Source: an uncultured Acidobacteriota bacterium (GTDB lineage Bacteria; Acidobacteriota; UBA6911; RPQK01; JAPXNP01). From it: a DNA stretch of 64,000 nucleotides. The notes under the pieces were generated by a model. The model had not been told where the DNA came from, made no database searches, and saw only the letters and a program-made list of their open reading frames with translations. Positions 38,068 to 48,150 of this stretch are shown one piece after another (the first letter of the stretch is position 1; every line of letters starts with the position of its first letter). The stretch spans positions 502,837 through 566,836 of the forward strand of contig CAZGEH010000002.1 of the NCBI GenBank assembly GCA_964524795.1, written 5' to 3'. A program made the position numbers and the translations under genes.

Positions 38068-38445
38068 GTGGCGAGGCTCCTGTGGTTGCTGCTGCTGGTG
38101 GGATGTGGCTTTTCATCGTCTGGGTTCGCCGCGGAAAAGTCCGGGACGCTGCGCCATGTGGTGGCGTTCAAGTTCAAGCCGGATGCGCCTTCGGACCAGG
38201 TGGCCAAGGTGGTCGCCGAGTTTCGCGCTTTGAAAGACAAGATCCCTCAGATCGTGGCCTTCGAGACCGGCACGAATGTCAGCCCGGAGGGTCTGGACAA
38301 AGGCTTCACCCACGCCTTTGTCCTGACGTTCCGGACGGCTGCGGACCGCGACGCTTACCTTGTGCACCCCGATCACCAGAGCTTCGGCAAACTGGTGGCG
38401 CCTGTCCTCGCTGACGTCTTCGTCATCGATTTCTGGGCTGACTAG
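38068..38445 (+). CDS. Dabb-family stress-responsive alpha/beta-barrel lipoprotein
   Basis: GTG start after GAGGAGGA. Lipoprotein signal ...LLLVGCGF. Dabb core HVVAFKFK...HQSF. Confidence 0.6.
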   Translation: MARLLWLLLLVGCGFSSSGFAAEKSGTLRHVVAFKFKPDAPSDQVAKVVAEFRALKDKIPQIVAFETGTNVSPEGLDKGFTHAFVLTFRTAADRDAYLVHPDHQSFGKLVAPVLADVFVIDFWAD

Positions 38446-38495
38446 GAGACTGCCCCCTCGGACACGCCTCCGCACCGATAAGGAAGGAGGGCACC

Positions 38496-40784
38496 ATGAT
38501 TCGCGACAAGGAAGCCCTGGAATACCACGGCCAGGGTCGCAAGGGAAAAATCGAAGTCGTTCCCACCAAGCCTTGCCTCACCCAGCGGGACCTATCTCTC
38601 GCTTACACACCAGGGGTTGCTGTCCCCTGCCTGCATATCCGGGACAATCCCGACGACGTTTTCGAGTACACCGCCAAGGGGAATCTGGTGGCGGTGGTTT
38701 CCAACGGGACGGCAGTGCTGGGTCTCGGCAATATAGGTGCCGCCGCCGGCAAGCCTGTCATGGAAGGCAAGGGCGTCCTGTTCAAACGTTTTGCCGACAT
38801 CGACGTCTTCGATATCGAGATCGATTCCGAAGACCCCGATGACATCATCCGCACCGTCCGGCTCCTCGAGCCGACGTTCGGGGGGATCAATCTGGAGGAC
38901 ATCAAGGCTCCGGAGTGCTTCTACATCGAGGAGACCCTCAAGCAGGAGCTCAGCATTCCCGTCTTCCACGACGACCAGCATGGGACGGCGATCATTTCAG
39001 GCGCTGCTTTGCTGAACGCCCTGGCGATTGCCGGCAAGCCGATCGACGAAGTGAAGGTCGTCTTCAACGGCGCCGGCGCCAGTGGAATCGCCTGTGCCCG
39101 CTATTACCTGACCTTGGGAGTCCGCAAGGAAAACCTGATCCTGTGCGATACCAAGGGAGTGGTCTACCGGGGGCGCACGGAGGGTATGAACCCGCACAAG
39201 GCAGCTCTGGCGGCCGACACCGATGCTCGAACGCTGGCCGATGCCCTGCGGGGGGCTGACGTCTTCGTCGGCCTGTCGGTGGCGAACTGCGTGACGCCCG
39301 AGATGCTGCGCACGATGAACGAAAGGCCGATTGTCTTCGCTCTTGCCAATCCGGATCCGGAGATCACCTACGATGCCGCCATGGAAGCCCGGCCGGACAC
39401 GATCATGGCCACCGGCCGTTCGGATTACCCCAACCAGGTCAACAATGTATTGGGCTTCCCTTTCATTTTTCGGGGTGCCCTGGACGTGAGGGCAACCGCG
39501 ATCAACGAGGAGATGAAACTTGCAGCAACGCGTGCGCTGGCGGCGCTGGCCCGAGAGGATGTTCCCGAAGCCGTCACCAAGGCTTACGGGTTGGAACGCC
39601 TGCAGTTCGGTCCGAACTACCTGATCCCGAAACCGTTCGACCACCGGGTTCTGCTGTGGGAGGCGACGGCAGTGGCGGAAGCGGCGATGCGCACCGGCGT
39701 CGCCCGGCGTACGATCGATCCCGCGGAATACCGGGAATCACTCGAGCGACGTCTGGGAAAAGCCCGGGAAGTCATGCGGATCATGATCAACCAGGCGCGG
39801 CGGGATCCCAAGAAGGTGGTGTTCCCCGAGGGCGAACATGAGAAAGTCCTGCGGGCCGCCCAGACCATTGTGGACGAGGGGTTCGCCCATCCTGTCCTTC
39901 TGGGACGTGAAGATCGGATCCGCCACCTGGAGGCGCAGCTCGATCTTCACCTCAACAGCGTCGAGATCATCGATCCTGAGAGCTCAGGGAAGTTCGAGGA
40001 ATACGTGGCGGAGCTGTACCGCCTACGACAGCGCAAGGGGGTCACGCTGGCCGAGGCGCGCCGCCTGATGCGCAGTCGGACCGTCTACGGGGCGATGATG
40101 GTGCGCATGGGTGACGCCGACGCCCTGGTCTGCGGCATCAGCCAGCACTATCCGGACACCATCCGGCCGGCGTTGCAGATCATTCAGGTGCGTGAGGGCT
40201 GTACCCGGGTGGTGGGCCTCTTCCTGATGATCCTCAAAGACAAGGTGTTCTTCTTCGCCGATACCACGGTCAACATTGACCCCACGGCCGAGGAATTGGC
40301 GGAAATTGCCATCCTGACCGCCGAGGTGGCGCGCCGCTTCAATTTCGAACCCCGGGTGGCCCTCCTGTCTTTCTCGAATTTCGGCAGCGTCCGTCACCCC
40401 TTTGCGGAAAAGGTCCGCCAGGCGACTGAAATCGTTCGGCGTCGCGCACCGGACCTGATGGTGGACGGAGAAATGCAGGCCGACACCGCCGTGGTCGAGG
40501 AGCTGGTTCAAGAACATTACCCGTTCAGCACCCTGCGGCGCGCCGCCAACGTCCTGATCTTTCCGGACCTGCAGTCGGCGAACATCGCCTACAAGCTGCT
40601 CCAGCGACTCGGCGGAGCCGAAGCGATCGGTCCGATCCTGGTGGGAATGAAGAAGCCGGTTCACGTCCTGCAGCATGGTTTCGAGACCAAAGATATTGTG
40701 AACATGGCTGCCATCGCTGTGGTGGACGCCCAGGAGCTGGCCAGGCTCGGCAGCGAATCCCCGGCTGCGGCGGCACCCGCCTGA
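38496..40784 (+). CDS. maeB: NADP-dependent malic enzyme (malic enzyme fused to a PTA-like domain)
   Basis: 762 aa. Malic enzyme N-terminal and NAD(P)-binding domains, then a C-terminal phosphotransacetylase-like domain. Confidence 0.9.
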   Translation: MIRDKEALEYHGQGRKGKIEVVPTKPCLTQRDLSLAYTPGVAVPCLHIRDNPDDVFEYTAKGNLVAVVSNGTAVLGLGNIGAAAGKPVMEGKGVLFKRFADIDVFDIEIDSEDPDDIIRTVRLLEPTFGGINLEDIKAPECFYIEETLKQELSIPVFHDDQHGTAIISGAALLNALAIAGKPIDEVKVVFNGAGASGIACARYYLTLGVRKENLILCDTKGVVYRGRTEGMNPHKAALAADTDARTLADALRGADVFVGLSVANCVTPEMLRTMNERPIVFALANPDPEITYDAAMEARPDTIMATGRSDYPNQVNNVLGFPFIFRGALDVRATAINEEMKLAATRALAALAREDVPEAVTKAYGLERLQFGPNYLIPKPFDHRVLLWEATAVAEAAMRTGVARRTIDPAEYRESLERRLGKAREVMRIMINQARRDPKKVVFPEGEHEKVLRAAQTIVDEGFAHPVLLGREDRIRHLEAQLDLHLNSVEIIDPESSGKFEEYVAELYRLRQRKGVTLAEARRLMRSRTVYGAMMVRMGDADALVCGISQHYPDTIRPALQIIQVREGCTRVVGLFLMILKDKVFFFADTTVNIDPTAEELAEIAILTAEVARRFNFEPRVALLSFSNFGSVRHPFAEKVRQATEIVRRRAPDLMVDGEMQADTAVVEELVQEHYPFSTLRRAANVLIFPDLQSANIAYKLLQRLGGAEAIGPILVGMKKPVHVLQHGFETKDIVNMAAIAVVDAQELARLGSESPAAAAPA

Positions 40785-40889
40785 GCGGCTTCGACCCAGA
40801 ACCGCGAAGGAATCCTTGAGGTGCTCGACGGGAGCGATTCCGGACGGATCCAGGCCAGGACGGCGCAGACACGGCAGAGGAGGTGGATC

Positions 40890-42245
40890 ATGAAGACTTT
40901 GGCAGCGGCCGGACTTGTGCTGGTGGCATCCCTTTTCCCCCTTTGGTCCCAGAAGGCCGGGGACGAAGCATTGGGGACAGTCCCCTATGCCCGTTTCGCG
41001 GAATCCGAGGCCTGCGCAGCGTGCCATGTCGATCTCGGCATGCAGCACCGCCAGTCCCTGATGTCGCAGTGCTTCACCCATCCATGGGACGAGATCGAGT
41101 ACTTTGAGCTGGCGCTTCCTCACAGTGAGAAGGAGCCCAAGGTTGCCGGAATCAAGGCCGGCTGCAACGGGTGTCACGCGCCGCTCGCTTTCCTGGCGGG
41201 AGACATCCCCCCCCAGCGGCCGGCTGCGGGAACCCGGGCCAACGAAGCCGTCTCCTGCGAGATGTGCCACAGCATCACCGGTTTCCAGGGAGAAATCCCG
41301 TTCAATTTCAACTACATCGCGGATCCCGGCGATGTGAAGCAGGGGGTTCGCCCGGAAGCCAGCAGCCAGGTTCATCTGGTGAAAGCGAACCCATTCCTCC
41401 GCAGTTCCGAATTCTGCGGCACCTGCCACAACGAGAAGGACCCCTTCGGAATGTGGGTCAAGGCCACCCAACTGGAATGGAAGGAAAGTCCTTATGCAAA
41501 GGCCGGTATTGTCTGTCAGGACTGCCACATGCCTCCTGCGCCCGGCGAGGCGGCTCCCGGGCTGAGTCCGGAGCGCCCGGATCTGCGCCAGCACCTTTTT
41601 CACGGCGCCCATGCCGAAGGGAAGCTGGCGGGTGCGGCTGAAGTGCGGGTGCATCCGCAGGCAGTCGAGGCGGCAGCCGGCGACTCCGTTCGCTTCCTGG
41701 TGACTGTGTTCAATGCCAAAGCCGGGCACATGATTCCCAGCGGTTCCGCCGAGGAGCGCCTGCTTTGGCTGCATGTGGAGCTGACGGATGCACGGGGACA
41801 TCGTTACCACCTGCCGGTGGATCGCAAGGGATTTGAAGGTGAACAGTACACGGTGGCTTCCAGCGAGGCGCTGGCGTACCAGGATATCGGCGACATCAGG
41901 TCCTTGCCGGATTTCCCTGGGCTTGCACGGGACGGCCAGGTTCCGCCGGGTGATCGGATTTTCCGCCTGCCCTATCTCGACCCCCAGGGTCGCATGACCA
42001 TTGCCCAGTGGAACACAGCGGCATTCGGCCCCGACTACCGTTTGCCGCCCCTGAAGGGAGTCAGCGAGACCTACACCTGGCACATCCCGCAGAACGCGCC
42101 GCCCGGACCGGTGACTGTGACAGCCACCCTCTGGTATTCGCGCCTGGTGTCCAGCGTCGCCGACTACCTGGGGATCCCGGCCGAGGAATACGCGCCGGTG
42201 TTGATGAACTCGCACCGGGCGGTGCTGGAGATAACCCAACCATAG
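40890..42245 (+). CDS. pentaheme c-type cytochrome, secreted
   Basis: RBS GAGGAGGTGG then ATG. Signal peptide MKTLAAAGLVLVASLFPLWS. Five CxxCH motifs (CAACH, CNGCH, CEMCH, CGTCH, CQDCH). Confidence 0.75.
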   Translation: MKTLAAAGLVLVASLFPLWSQKAGDEALGTVPYARFAESEACAACHVDLGMQHRQSLMSQCFTHPWDEIEYFELALPHSEKEPKVAGIKAGCNGCHAPLAFLAGDIPPQRPAAGTRANEAVSCEMCHSITGFQGEIPFNFNYIADPGDVKQGVRPEASSQVHLVKANPFLRSSEFCGTCHNEKDPFGMWVKATQLEWKESPYAKAGIVCQDCHMPPAPGEAAPGLSPERPDLRQHLFHGAHAEGKLAGAAEVRVHPQAVEAAAGDSVRFLVTVFNAKAGHMIPSGSAEERLLWLHVELTDARGHRYHLPVDRKGFEGEQYTVASSEALAYQDIGDIRSLPDFPGLARDGQVPPGDRIFRLPYLDPQGRMTIAQWNTAAFGPDYRLPPLKGVSETYTWHIPQNAPPGPVTVTATLWYSRLVSSVADYLGIPAEEYAPVLMNSHRAVLEITQP

Positions 42246-42344
42246 TCTGCTGCTGGGGTGGCTCCAGTCACCTGGGGTAAGAACACGGTTACCACTGGTT
42301 GGAGATAGAGCCGGACTTTCGGCCCCGGAGACCGCCGCCAAAGT

Positions 42345-42911
42345 TCATCGCCCGTTCCAGGCCAGGGGCTCCCGATCCGGCACAAACGGGCGCCCCAACC
42401 GACGGCACTCGGCACAGAAGTACCGGGACTTGAGATCCACTTCATCCACCGAGTTGGAAAAGTGCATCACGCAGTCCGCCGTGCGGCAGTGCAAGAGACC
42501 GAAAGTGTGCCCGAGTTCGTGTAGCGCTTCCTTTTCGAGCCGGTTCAGAAAAACCGTGCTGTCCTCGGGAAGGCCATAGAAGCTTTGCCGCAGACGGTGC
42601 GTGGAAAGCAGGGCGGCGGCCCCCCCCAGTTGGGCCTCTCCAAAGACGAAGGTCAGAATCGGGATAAACAGGTCGACCGCGGTGACTCCCAGCACTTTGG
42701 CGCCGGGAAAAGAGCCGGACAGAGATGCCAGCCGGGCGAGGATTTCGGTGGAGTAGAACTGGCCGCGAGCGGAGTCATAGGCGAAATCGGCCTCCACTCT
42801 TGAGACTTCGGTTCTGCATGGCACGTCCAGCGCATCGCTCAGGGCCAGTTCCAGGAAGCCCAGGGCGTCCGGCTCCACCGGCCCGACGCCGATCAGGCGG
42901 ATCTCTTTCAT
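42345..42911 (-). CDS. amzA: archaemetzincin-family zinc metalloprotease
   Basis: HELGHTFGLLHC...C archaemetzincin motif. Start overlaps the stop of the upstream response-regulator gene. Confidence 0.75.
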   Translation of the reverse strand: MKEIRLIGVGPVEPDALGFLELALSDALDVPCRTEVSRVEADFAYDSARGQFYSTEILARLASLSGSFPGAKVLGVTAVDLFIPILTFVFGEAQLGGAAALLSTHRLRQSFYGLPEDSTVFLNRLEKEALHELGHTFGLLHCRTADCVMHFSNSVDEVDLKSRYFCAECRRLGRPFVPDREPLAWNGR

Positions 42912-44287
42912 CGCCGTGTGGAACTTGAGCTGCTCGATTCTTCCCGCTTCAGGTCGTACTTCCGGATCTTGTTGTACAGGGTCACCCGGTCGATCTGCAG
43001 CAGTCGCGCACTCTGGGAAATGTTCCAGCCGGTCTCTTCCAGTACCGCCCGGATGTGGTCCCGTTCCACCGCGGCCAGTGATTTTTCATCCCTGATCACC
43101 ACCGAAGACGGGGTCCCGACTACGGGAAAATCCGCAGGCTGCAAAGTGTCGGATCGGGCCACCAGGACAGCTCTCTCGATTGCGTTCTGCAGTTCCCGGA
43201 TATTGCCGGGCCAGTCGTAGCTGCAGAGGAGGCGCATGGCCTCCGGCGAGATCCCCGAGACATGGCGGTTCATGCTACGGGCGAACTTCTGCAGAAAATG
43301 GTCCGCCAACAGCGGGATGTCTTCCCGGCGCTCACGCAACGGCGGAATGGTGATGGCAAAGACGTTCAGCCGGTAATAGAGATCCTCGCGAAAGGACCCT
43401 TCCTTGACCATGTTCTCCAGGTTGCGATTGGTGGCGGCGATCAATCGGAAGTCCACCGGGATCATCTTGTTGCCGCCCACCCGGCAGACCTGCTTGTCTT
43501 CCAGGACGCGCAGCAGATCCACTTGGGTCTTCAGGCTGATGTCACCGATCTCGTCCAGGAACAGTGTCCCTCCGTCCGCCAGTTCGAACTTGCCCTTGCG
43601 GCGGTACTGTGCGCCAGTGAAGGCTCCCTTCTCGTGCCCGAACAGCTCGCTTTCAAGAACGCCTTCCGACAATGCGCCGCAGCTTACTGCCACGATCGGC
43701 AGGAAACGGCGCGGGCTGCAGGCGTGGATGGCACGGGCAATCAACTCCTTGCCGGTGCCACTCTCGCCCCGCACCAACACCGTGGTGTCCGACTCCGCAA
43801 CCATTCGGACCTCCTCCAGGACGCGCTGGATCGCGGCGCTCTGTCCCACGATGCCCTGGAACGGACTCAGCTCCTCGATCTTCTCGCGCAGGCGTACGTT
43901 TTCACTGAGAATGCGCTTGCGCTCCGCGGCCTTGCGGATCAGGCTCCCCAAATTCTCCGGGTCGAAGGGCTTGACGATGTAGTCGTAAGCACCCTGCTTC
44001 ATGGCTTCCACAGCGGTGTCCACCGACGCGTAGGCGGTCATGATGATTACCGTGGCCTCCGGGTGGTGCTCCTGGATCCGGCGCTGGAGTTCGAGGCCGT
44101 CGATACCAGGCATCTTGATATCAATCAGGAAGATGTCCCAGTCGTCACGCCCCAGGGCTTCCAGCGCCTCCTTGCCGGAAGCGGCCGTGTCGACGTGGTA
44201 GCCCTCTTCGGTCAGCCATCCCCCAAGGGAACGCCGTACCACGGCCTCGTCATCGACGATCATGATGCGGACAGCAGGTTCAGGCAT
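42908..44287 (-). CDS. sigma-54-dependent response regulator (NtrC family)
   Basis: Receiver domain (IVDDE...D...K). AAA+ core with GESGTGKE and an intact GAFTGA and GGTLFLDEIGD. C-terminal Fis HTH. Confidence 0.9.
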   Translation of the reverse strand: MPEPAVRIMIVDDEAVVRRSLGGWLTEEGYHVDTAASGKEALEALGRDDWDIFLIDIKMPGIDGLELQRRIQEHHPEATVIIMTAYASVDTAVEAMKQGAYDYIVKPFDPENLGSLIRKAAERKRILSENVRLREKIEELSPFQGIVGQSAAIQRVLEEVRMVAESDTTVLVRGESGTGKELIARAIHACSPRRFLPIVAVSCGALSEGVLESELFGHEKGAFTGAQYRRKGKFELADGGTLFLDEIGDISLKTQVDLLRVLEDKQVCRVGGNKMIPVDFRLIAATNRNLENMVKEGSFREDLYYRLNVFAITIPPLRERREDIPLLADHFLQKFARSMNRHVSGISPEAMRLLCSYDWPGNIRELQNAIERAVLVARSDTLQPADFPVVGTPSSVVIRDEKSLAAVERDHIRAVLEETGWNISQSARLLQIDRVTLYNKIRKYDLKREESSSSSSTRR

Positions 44288-46079
44288 GGTCTATCGCTCC
44301 ATGGTTCGAGTCCTGATCGGCCGGCTCGCCGGTGCGTCCCCGGATAGGGAAGCGAATCGTGAAGGTCGTACCGACTCCCAGCGCGGATTCGACCCGAATC
44401 TCTCCGCCGTGCGACGAGACGATGCCGCTGACTACCGCCAGACCGAGGCCGACTCCCTTGACAGCCTCCTTGGTCGTAAAGAATGGCTCGAAGATCCGCT
44501 TGCGGGTTTCCTCGTCCATGCCGCAACCGTCGTCCTGGACGACAATCTCCGCCGTGTCGGGCGGTTCGTATCGGCTGGAGATCTGGATCGTGCCGCCGTG
44601 GTCGCCCATGGCCTCACAGGCATTGATCAACATTGCCACCATCATCTGGCGGATCGCCTGGCCGTCGCATACCACCCGTGGCAGCTCCGGGTCCAGACTC
44701 AGCCGGACCTCCAGATTGAGGAGGTTGATCTTGTGGCGAACCAGCCGGACCGAGTCCTCCAGCAGCCGATTGAGGTCTTCCGGCTCCATCAGCTCGCTCC
44801 TCGTTCGGGAGAACTGAAGGAGGTTCTTGACGATCTCCCCGCAACGGGCGGCCTCTTCCGCAATCATCCGCACGTGATCCTCGGTATCAGCGTCACCGGC
44901 AGGCTGCTTCTGCAGGCGCCTCAACACCAGTTTGGCCGATGTCAGGATACCCGCCAACGGGTTGTTGATCTCGTGAGCGACGATGGCCGCCAGCTTACCC
45001 ATGGAAGCCATCCGCTCAACCTGCAGCATCCGTTCGTGGGCCCGCCGGAGTTCCGCGGTCTTCTCCTCGACCCGCGACTCCAACGTCCGTGCCCAACCGG
45101 TCAATTCCATTCTGGCCTGTTGGAGCTGCTCCGTCATCCGGTTGAACGAGCTGGCCAGACGCCCCATCTCGTCCTCGGAGTGGACGGGAATGCGGTAGTC
45201 GAGGTCTCCGGCCGCCAGGCGCTCGGTGCCCACGATCAACGCATGCACCGGTTTGTGCACCATCAACCAAGCCAGGCCTCCCAAGACGATGCAGACCGCC
45301 GCGATCGCCAATGCCAACTCACTCAGCACCAGCTTACGAGCCTCGCTGATGTCGCGGTCCGCCTTCTCCAGTGACATGGTGACGTCCAGGACCCCCAGCA
45401 CCTGCTGGTCAGGTGTGTGGGCATGGCAGGCGGCGTTGGAACACCTCGGCTCGTTCTCGATGGCATTGATGACGCCCAGGATCCGCGTACCCGAGTGGTC
45501 ACGGTAGATCCGGATCCGGTCAGGCCGGTCGAGACGGCTCAGCGGTTCTTCCTCTTTATGACAGGCGAAGCAGGCTTCCGCCCGTTTGTCGACCATGGTG
45601 TCGATCTCGGAGTCATCGCTGGAATAGCTGATCCTGCCGACCTCGTTGAAGATACGGATCTTGTTGATGCCTGGTTCCTGACCGATCGTCTTGATCGCGT
45701 AATAGATCTGGTCCCGGTCGTTGCGCTGCATGCTGTACAGGATGCTCTTCTTGATACTGTCACTGATCCGGTCGGCCGCTTCCATCGTGGCGGACTCCAG
45801 GTTCTGCCGCTGCAGTTCCAGGATCTGATAGCCAAAATAGGCCAGGACCAGGCTGAGACTGCCCACCAGGCTGACCACCAGTTTGAGCCACAGGTAACGA
45901 CGGATCACCGGCAAACCCCACAAAACACAAAGCAATCGGCGAGCCAACGGGTCCTGAGGAAGTGCCGGAGCCCTTCCGGGCAGATGGTCCCCTGATGGAG
46001 GGCGGTCAACCAAGTGAAGGAACGGCGGTTTCCTCTCCCTTGGCCTCCCCGATTTGGGGCATTTCACCGCATGCCCCAC
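44280..46079 (-). CDS. sensor histidine kinase with periplasmic domain carrying c-type heme-binding motifs
   Basis: Two TM segments flank an approximately 170-aa periplasmic domain containing CFACH (CxxCH) and CSNAACH (Cx4CH). Then HAMP, HisKA (HEINNPL) and HATPase (DDGCGM...GVGLGL) domains. The start may be downstream of the first ATG. Confidence 0.85.
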   Translation of the reverse strand: MGHAVKCPKSGRPRERKPPFLHLVDRPPSGDHLPGRAPALPQDPLARRLLCVLWGLPVIRRYLWLKLVVSLVGSLSLVLAYFGYQILELQRQNLESATMEAADRISDSIKKSILYSMQRNDRDQIYYAIKTIGQEPGINKIRIFNEVGRISYSSDDSEIDTMVDKRAEACFACHKEEEPLSRLDRPDRIRIYRDHSGTRILGVINAIENEPRCSNAACHAHTPDQQVLGVLDVTMSLEKADRDISEARKLVLSELALAIAAVCIVLGGLAWLMVHKPVHALIVGTERLAAGDLDYRIPVHSEDEMGRLASSFNRMTEQLQQARMELTGWARTLESRVEEKTAELRRAHERMLQVERMASMGKLAAIVAHEINNPLAGILTSAKLVLRRLQKQPAGDADTEDHVRMIAEEAARCGEIVKNLLQFSRTRSELMEPEDLNRLLEDSVRLVRHKINLLNLEVRLSLDPELPRVVCDGQAIRQMMVAMLINACEAMGDHGGTIQISSRYEPPDTAEIVVQDDGCGMDEETRKRIFEPFFTTKEAVKGVGLGLAVVSGIVSSHGGEIRVESALGVGTTFTIRFPIRGRTGEPADQDSNHGAIDHA

Positions 46080-46128
46080 CTGGAACTATCCCTCGCTCCG
46101 GGTGGACGGTCCGCGGCCGCTGGCGGCG

Positions 46129-46935
46129 TCAGCGATCGCGGGTCACGGGCTGAAGACCGAGGAATCGCTCCAGCACGGCGGCAAAAGCAGGATCGGTCCG
46201 TAACCACCGCAGCGCGTCAGGAGAAGGGGTACCGCCATCCTGGAGTGTTTCCCCAACCGCCCGCGGGCGCTGCTCCTGCAGCATTTCGCTGAGGGCGGCC
46301 GCCAGATTCTGGGACTCGTGTGTCAGCCACTTCTGGGCCTGCTCTCCGTAGCGCAGGTCTCGCAGAGTGGTTTGCAGGTCTTTCGGTTCCACCAGCATCA
46401 GGCTGCCGAGAGTGTGGGGCGCCCGGTTCACCAGCGACGGGCGGCCGGCCAGTTGACCGTTGGTCCAGACAACCCGGCCCTCCACCGGGGTTCGCAGCGA
46501 AAACACAGCGAGCTGGTTGGTGACAGAAACCAGAGGGCGGCGCAGGCTCAGTACCGTCCCCGGTTCCGGCAGCGAAACGAGGTAGATGGGTCCCAGAAGC
46601 TGCTGGGCGAAATCATCCAGTCCCACCCTCAGGTTACCCCGCGACTCCACCGATACCCACACGTGCCATGGGGAGTAAAAGAAGCGGCGCTGCAGCCGGA
46701 AGACCGGTAAATGAGGCGCGGTCTGAACTTCCAGGTACTCTCCTTCCTCCCGTTCGGGTGTTTCCGATCGGACTGGGCGATCCTCCAATCCTCGCAGAGC
46801 CCGATCCAAAGCGCAGGAGTCGCAGTCCAAACCCCGTTCGCAGAGCTTGAACGAGACAACTCCAGCGTCCATCCAGACGCAGGGAATGACAGCTTCCGGG
46901 TTCGGCTCTCGTGCCACCGGTGAGGTGCATAGCAC
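46129..46935 (-). CDS. GcvH-like (glycine-cleavage H fold) protein lacking the lipoyl-lysine, with an N-terminal Cys cluster
   Basis: H-protein-like region YSPWHVWVSVESRGNLRVGLDDFAQQLLGPIYLVSLPEPGTV. The lipoyl-lysine position is replaced (VSVTNQLAVFSL). N-terminal C-x12-C-x5-C-x2-C. GTG start; an internal ATG at 46872 is also possible. Confidence 0.6.
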   Translation of the reverse strand: MLCTSPVAREPNPEAVIPCVWMDAGVVSFKLCERGLDCDSCALDRALRGLEDRPVRSETPEREEGEYLEVQTAPHLPVFRLQRRFFYSPWHVWVSVESRGNLRVGLDDFAQQLLGPIYLVSLPEPGTVLSLRRPLVSVTNQLAVFSLRTPVEGRVVWTNGQLAGRPSLVNRAPHTLGSLMLVEPKDLQTTLRDLRYGEQAQKWLTHESQNLAAALSEMLQEQRPRAVGETLQDGGTPSPDALRWLRTDPAFAAVLERFLGLQPVTRDR

Positions 46936-47342
46936 GCGGCGGTCCAGTTTCAGACAAGCATCCGCAAACCGATGTCCTGCTGAGCGTTAGGACATTCCGG
47001 TCCCGCCGATGATGAAATCTTCGCCTGCTCCCGCTGCTGAACAAGTCAACGGGCTCTGTTCCTTCAAAACGCCCAGAGCCGGCAGCCGGACTACGCGCGA
47101 CCCATGGCACGGCACCCACACAGCGGCTGCTGAGGTTGTCAACGCCAGTGTTGACGATTTCACCAGTGGCGGAACCGGTCGTTCCGGGCTGTCCGATTTT
47201 TGTTGTCACCCGAATCCGGGCCGGATAGAATCAACTTGGTGCTTCCCCAAGTCGGGGCAGGATTCCTTGGCGCAACCCGTTGCCTGGTGAAAACTTGGAC
47301 CCCGGGCAGGGGTGGCAACCGTCAGAAGGGGGTGAACCAGCG

Positions 47343-47474
47343 ATGGAAATCACTTTGATCATCGCCGCGGTCGTGGTGGTGGGCGCACTGGCCTGGTATT
47401 TTCTTTCGCGGAAGAAAGACCGGCAGCGGCTCGACAAACTCCACATTACCGGGGCAGAGGACCGGAAGAGCTGA
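47343..47474 (+). CDS. hypothetical 43-aa single-TM protein
   Basis: AGGGGGTG 9 nt before the ATG. MEITLIIAAVVVVGALAWYFLSRKKDRQ. Intergenic position. Confidence 0.3.
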   Translation: MEITLIIAAVVVVGALAWYFLSRKKDRQRLDKLHITGAEDRKS

Positions 47475-47659
47475 CGCCGGAGGTCCCTGTCATCGACCGT
47501 TGTCCTGAAGGCGAATCGGTGCGGGTTGCCGTGACCGGCGGCTGCGATTGCGTCGGGTCCGGCACCCGCTGGCGGCTCTGTTGCCGACGCCAGCCGCAAG
47601 GCTGAGCGAGAGCGAGGTCTGGAGTATCTGTTTCCCCCAAGGGTCCGACCTGCTGCTTC

Positions 47660-48127
47660 TTATTGCTCGATCTCTGCACCAAGACCACGCAGCCGAACCA
47701 CCCGATAAGGAGGATCCCCCACCTCGGACGGACTGAAAGGCTTTCCCTGCTCCTCAGCCAGATGTCGGCGCCACTCCAGATACTGTTCCCGTGTCAGCTC
47801 CCGAACCTCGACCCGTCCCTCGGCGACTGCCCGGCGGCCAACGGCGTCCACCGGGAAGACGATCACGCCGTCGTCCACCTTGATCTGGATGGCGGCGGCC
47901 GACGCATCTTCGATTTCCATCCAGCAGCCCATCTTCCTGCACACGTCCTTGACTTTGCCGCGCACCCGAACAGTCCTCCCCTCCCAGGCGAGGGGATCCT
48001 GCAGAATCGAGGCTACGGAAGCCTCTTCGCCCCCGGCGAGCCGTTCTCCGTACTGTTTCCTTCCCTCTGCCTGGACTGAAAGAGATGTCCAAACCGTCAA
48101 GGCCGCAGCCAATACAAGAAGTTGCAT
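47660..48127 (-). CDS. DUF4920-domain secreted protein
   Basis: Signal peptide. VRGKVKDVCRKMGCWMEI...IKVDDGVIVFP matches the DUF4920 pattern. Confidence 0.6.
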   Translation of the reverse strand: MQLLVLAAALTVWTSLSVQAEGRKQYGERLAGGEEASVASILQDPLAWEGRTVRVRGKVKDVCRKMGCWMEIEDASAAAIQIKVDDGVIVFPVDAVGRRAVAEGRVEVRELTREQYLEWRRHLAEEQGKPFSPSEVGDPPYRVVRLRGLGAEIEQ

Positions 48128-48150
48128 GAGGTCCTCCGCGCAAAAGGCCT

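Noticed and set aside
36351-38240. 629-aa minus-strand ORF overlapping the MFS transporter in another frame
   Set aside because: Alternative frame of a clear MFS gene. Gly/Arg-rich. Spans an intergenic region and the Dabb gene antisense.
40023-42341. 772-aa minus-strand ORF antisense to maeB and the pentaheme cytochrome
   Set aside because: Antisense to two strongly supported genes. No domains.
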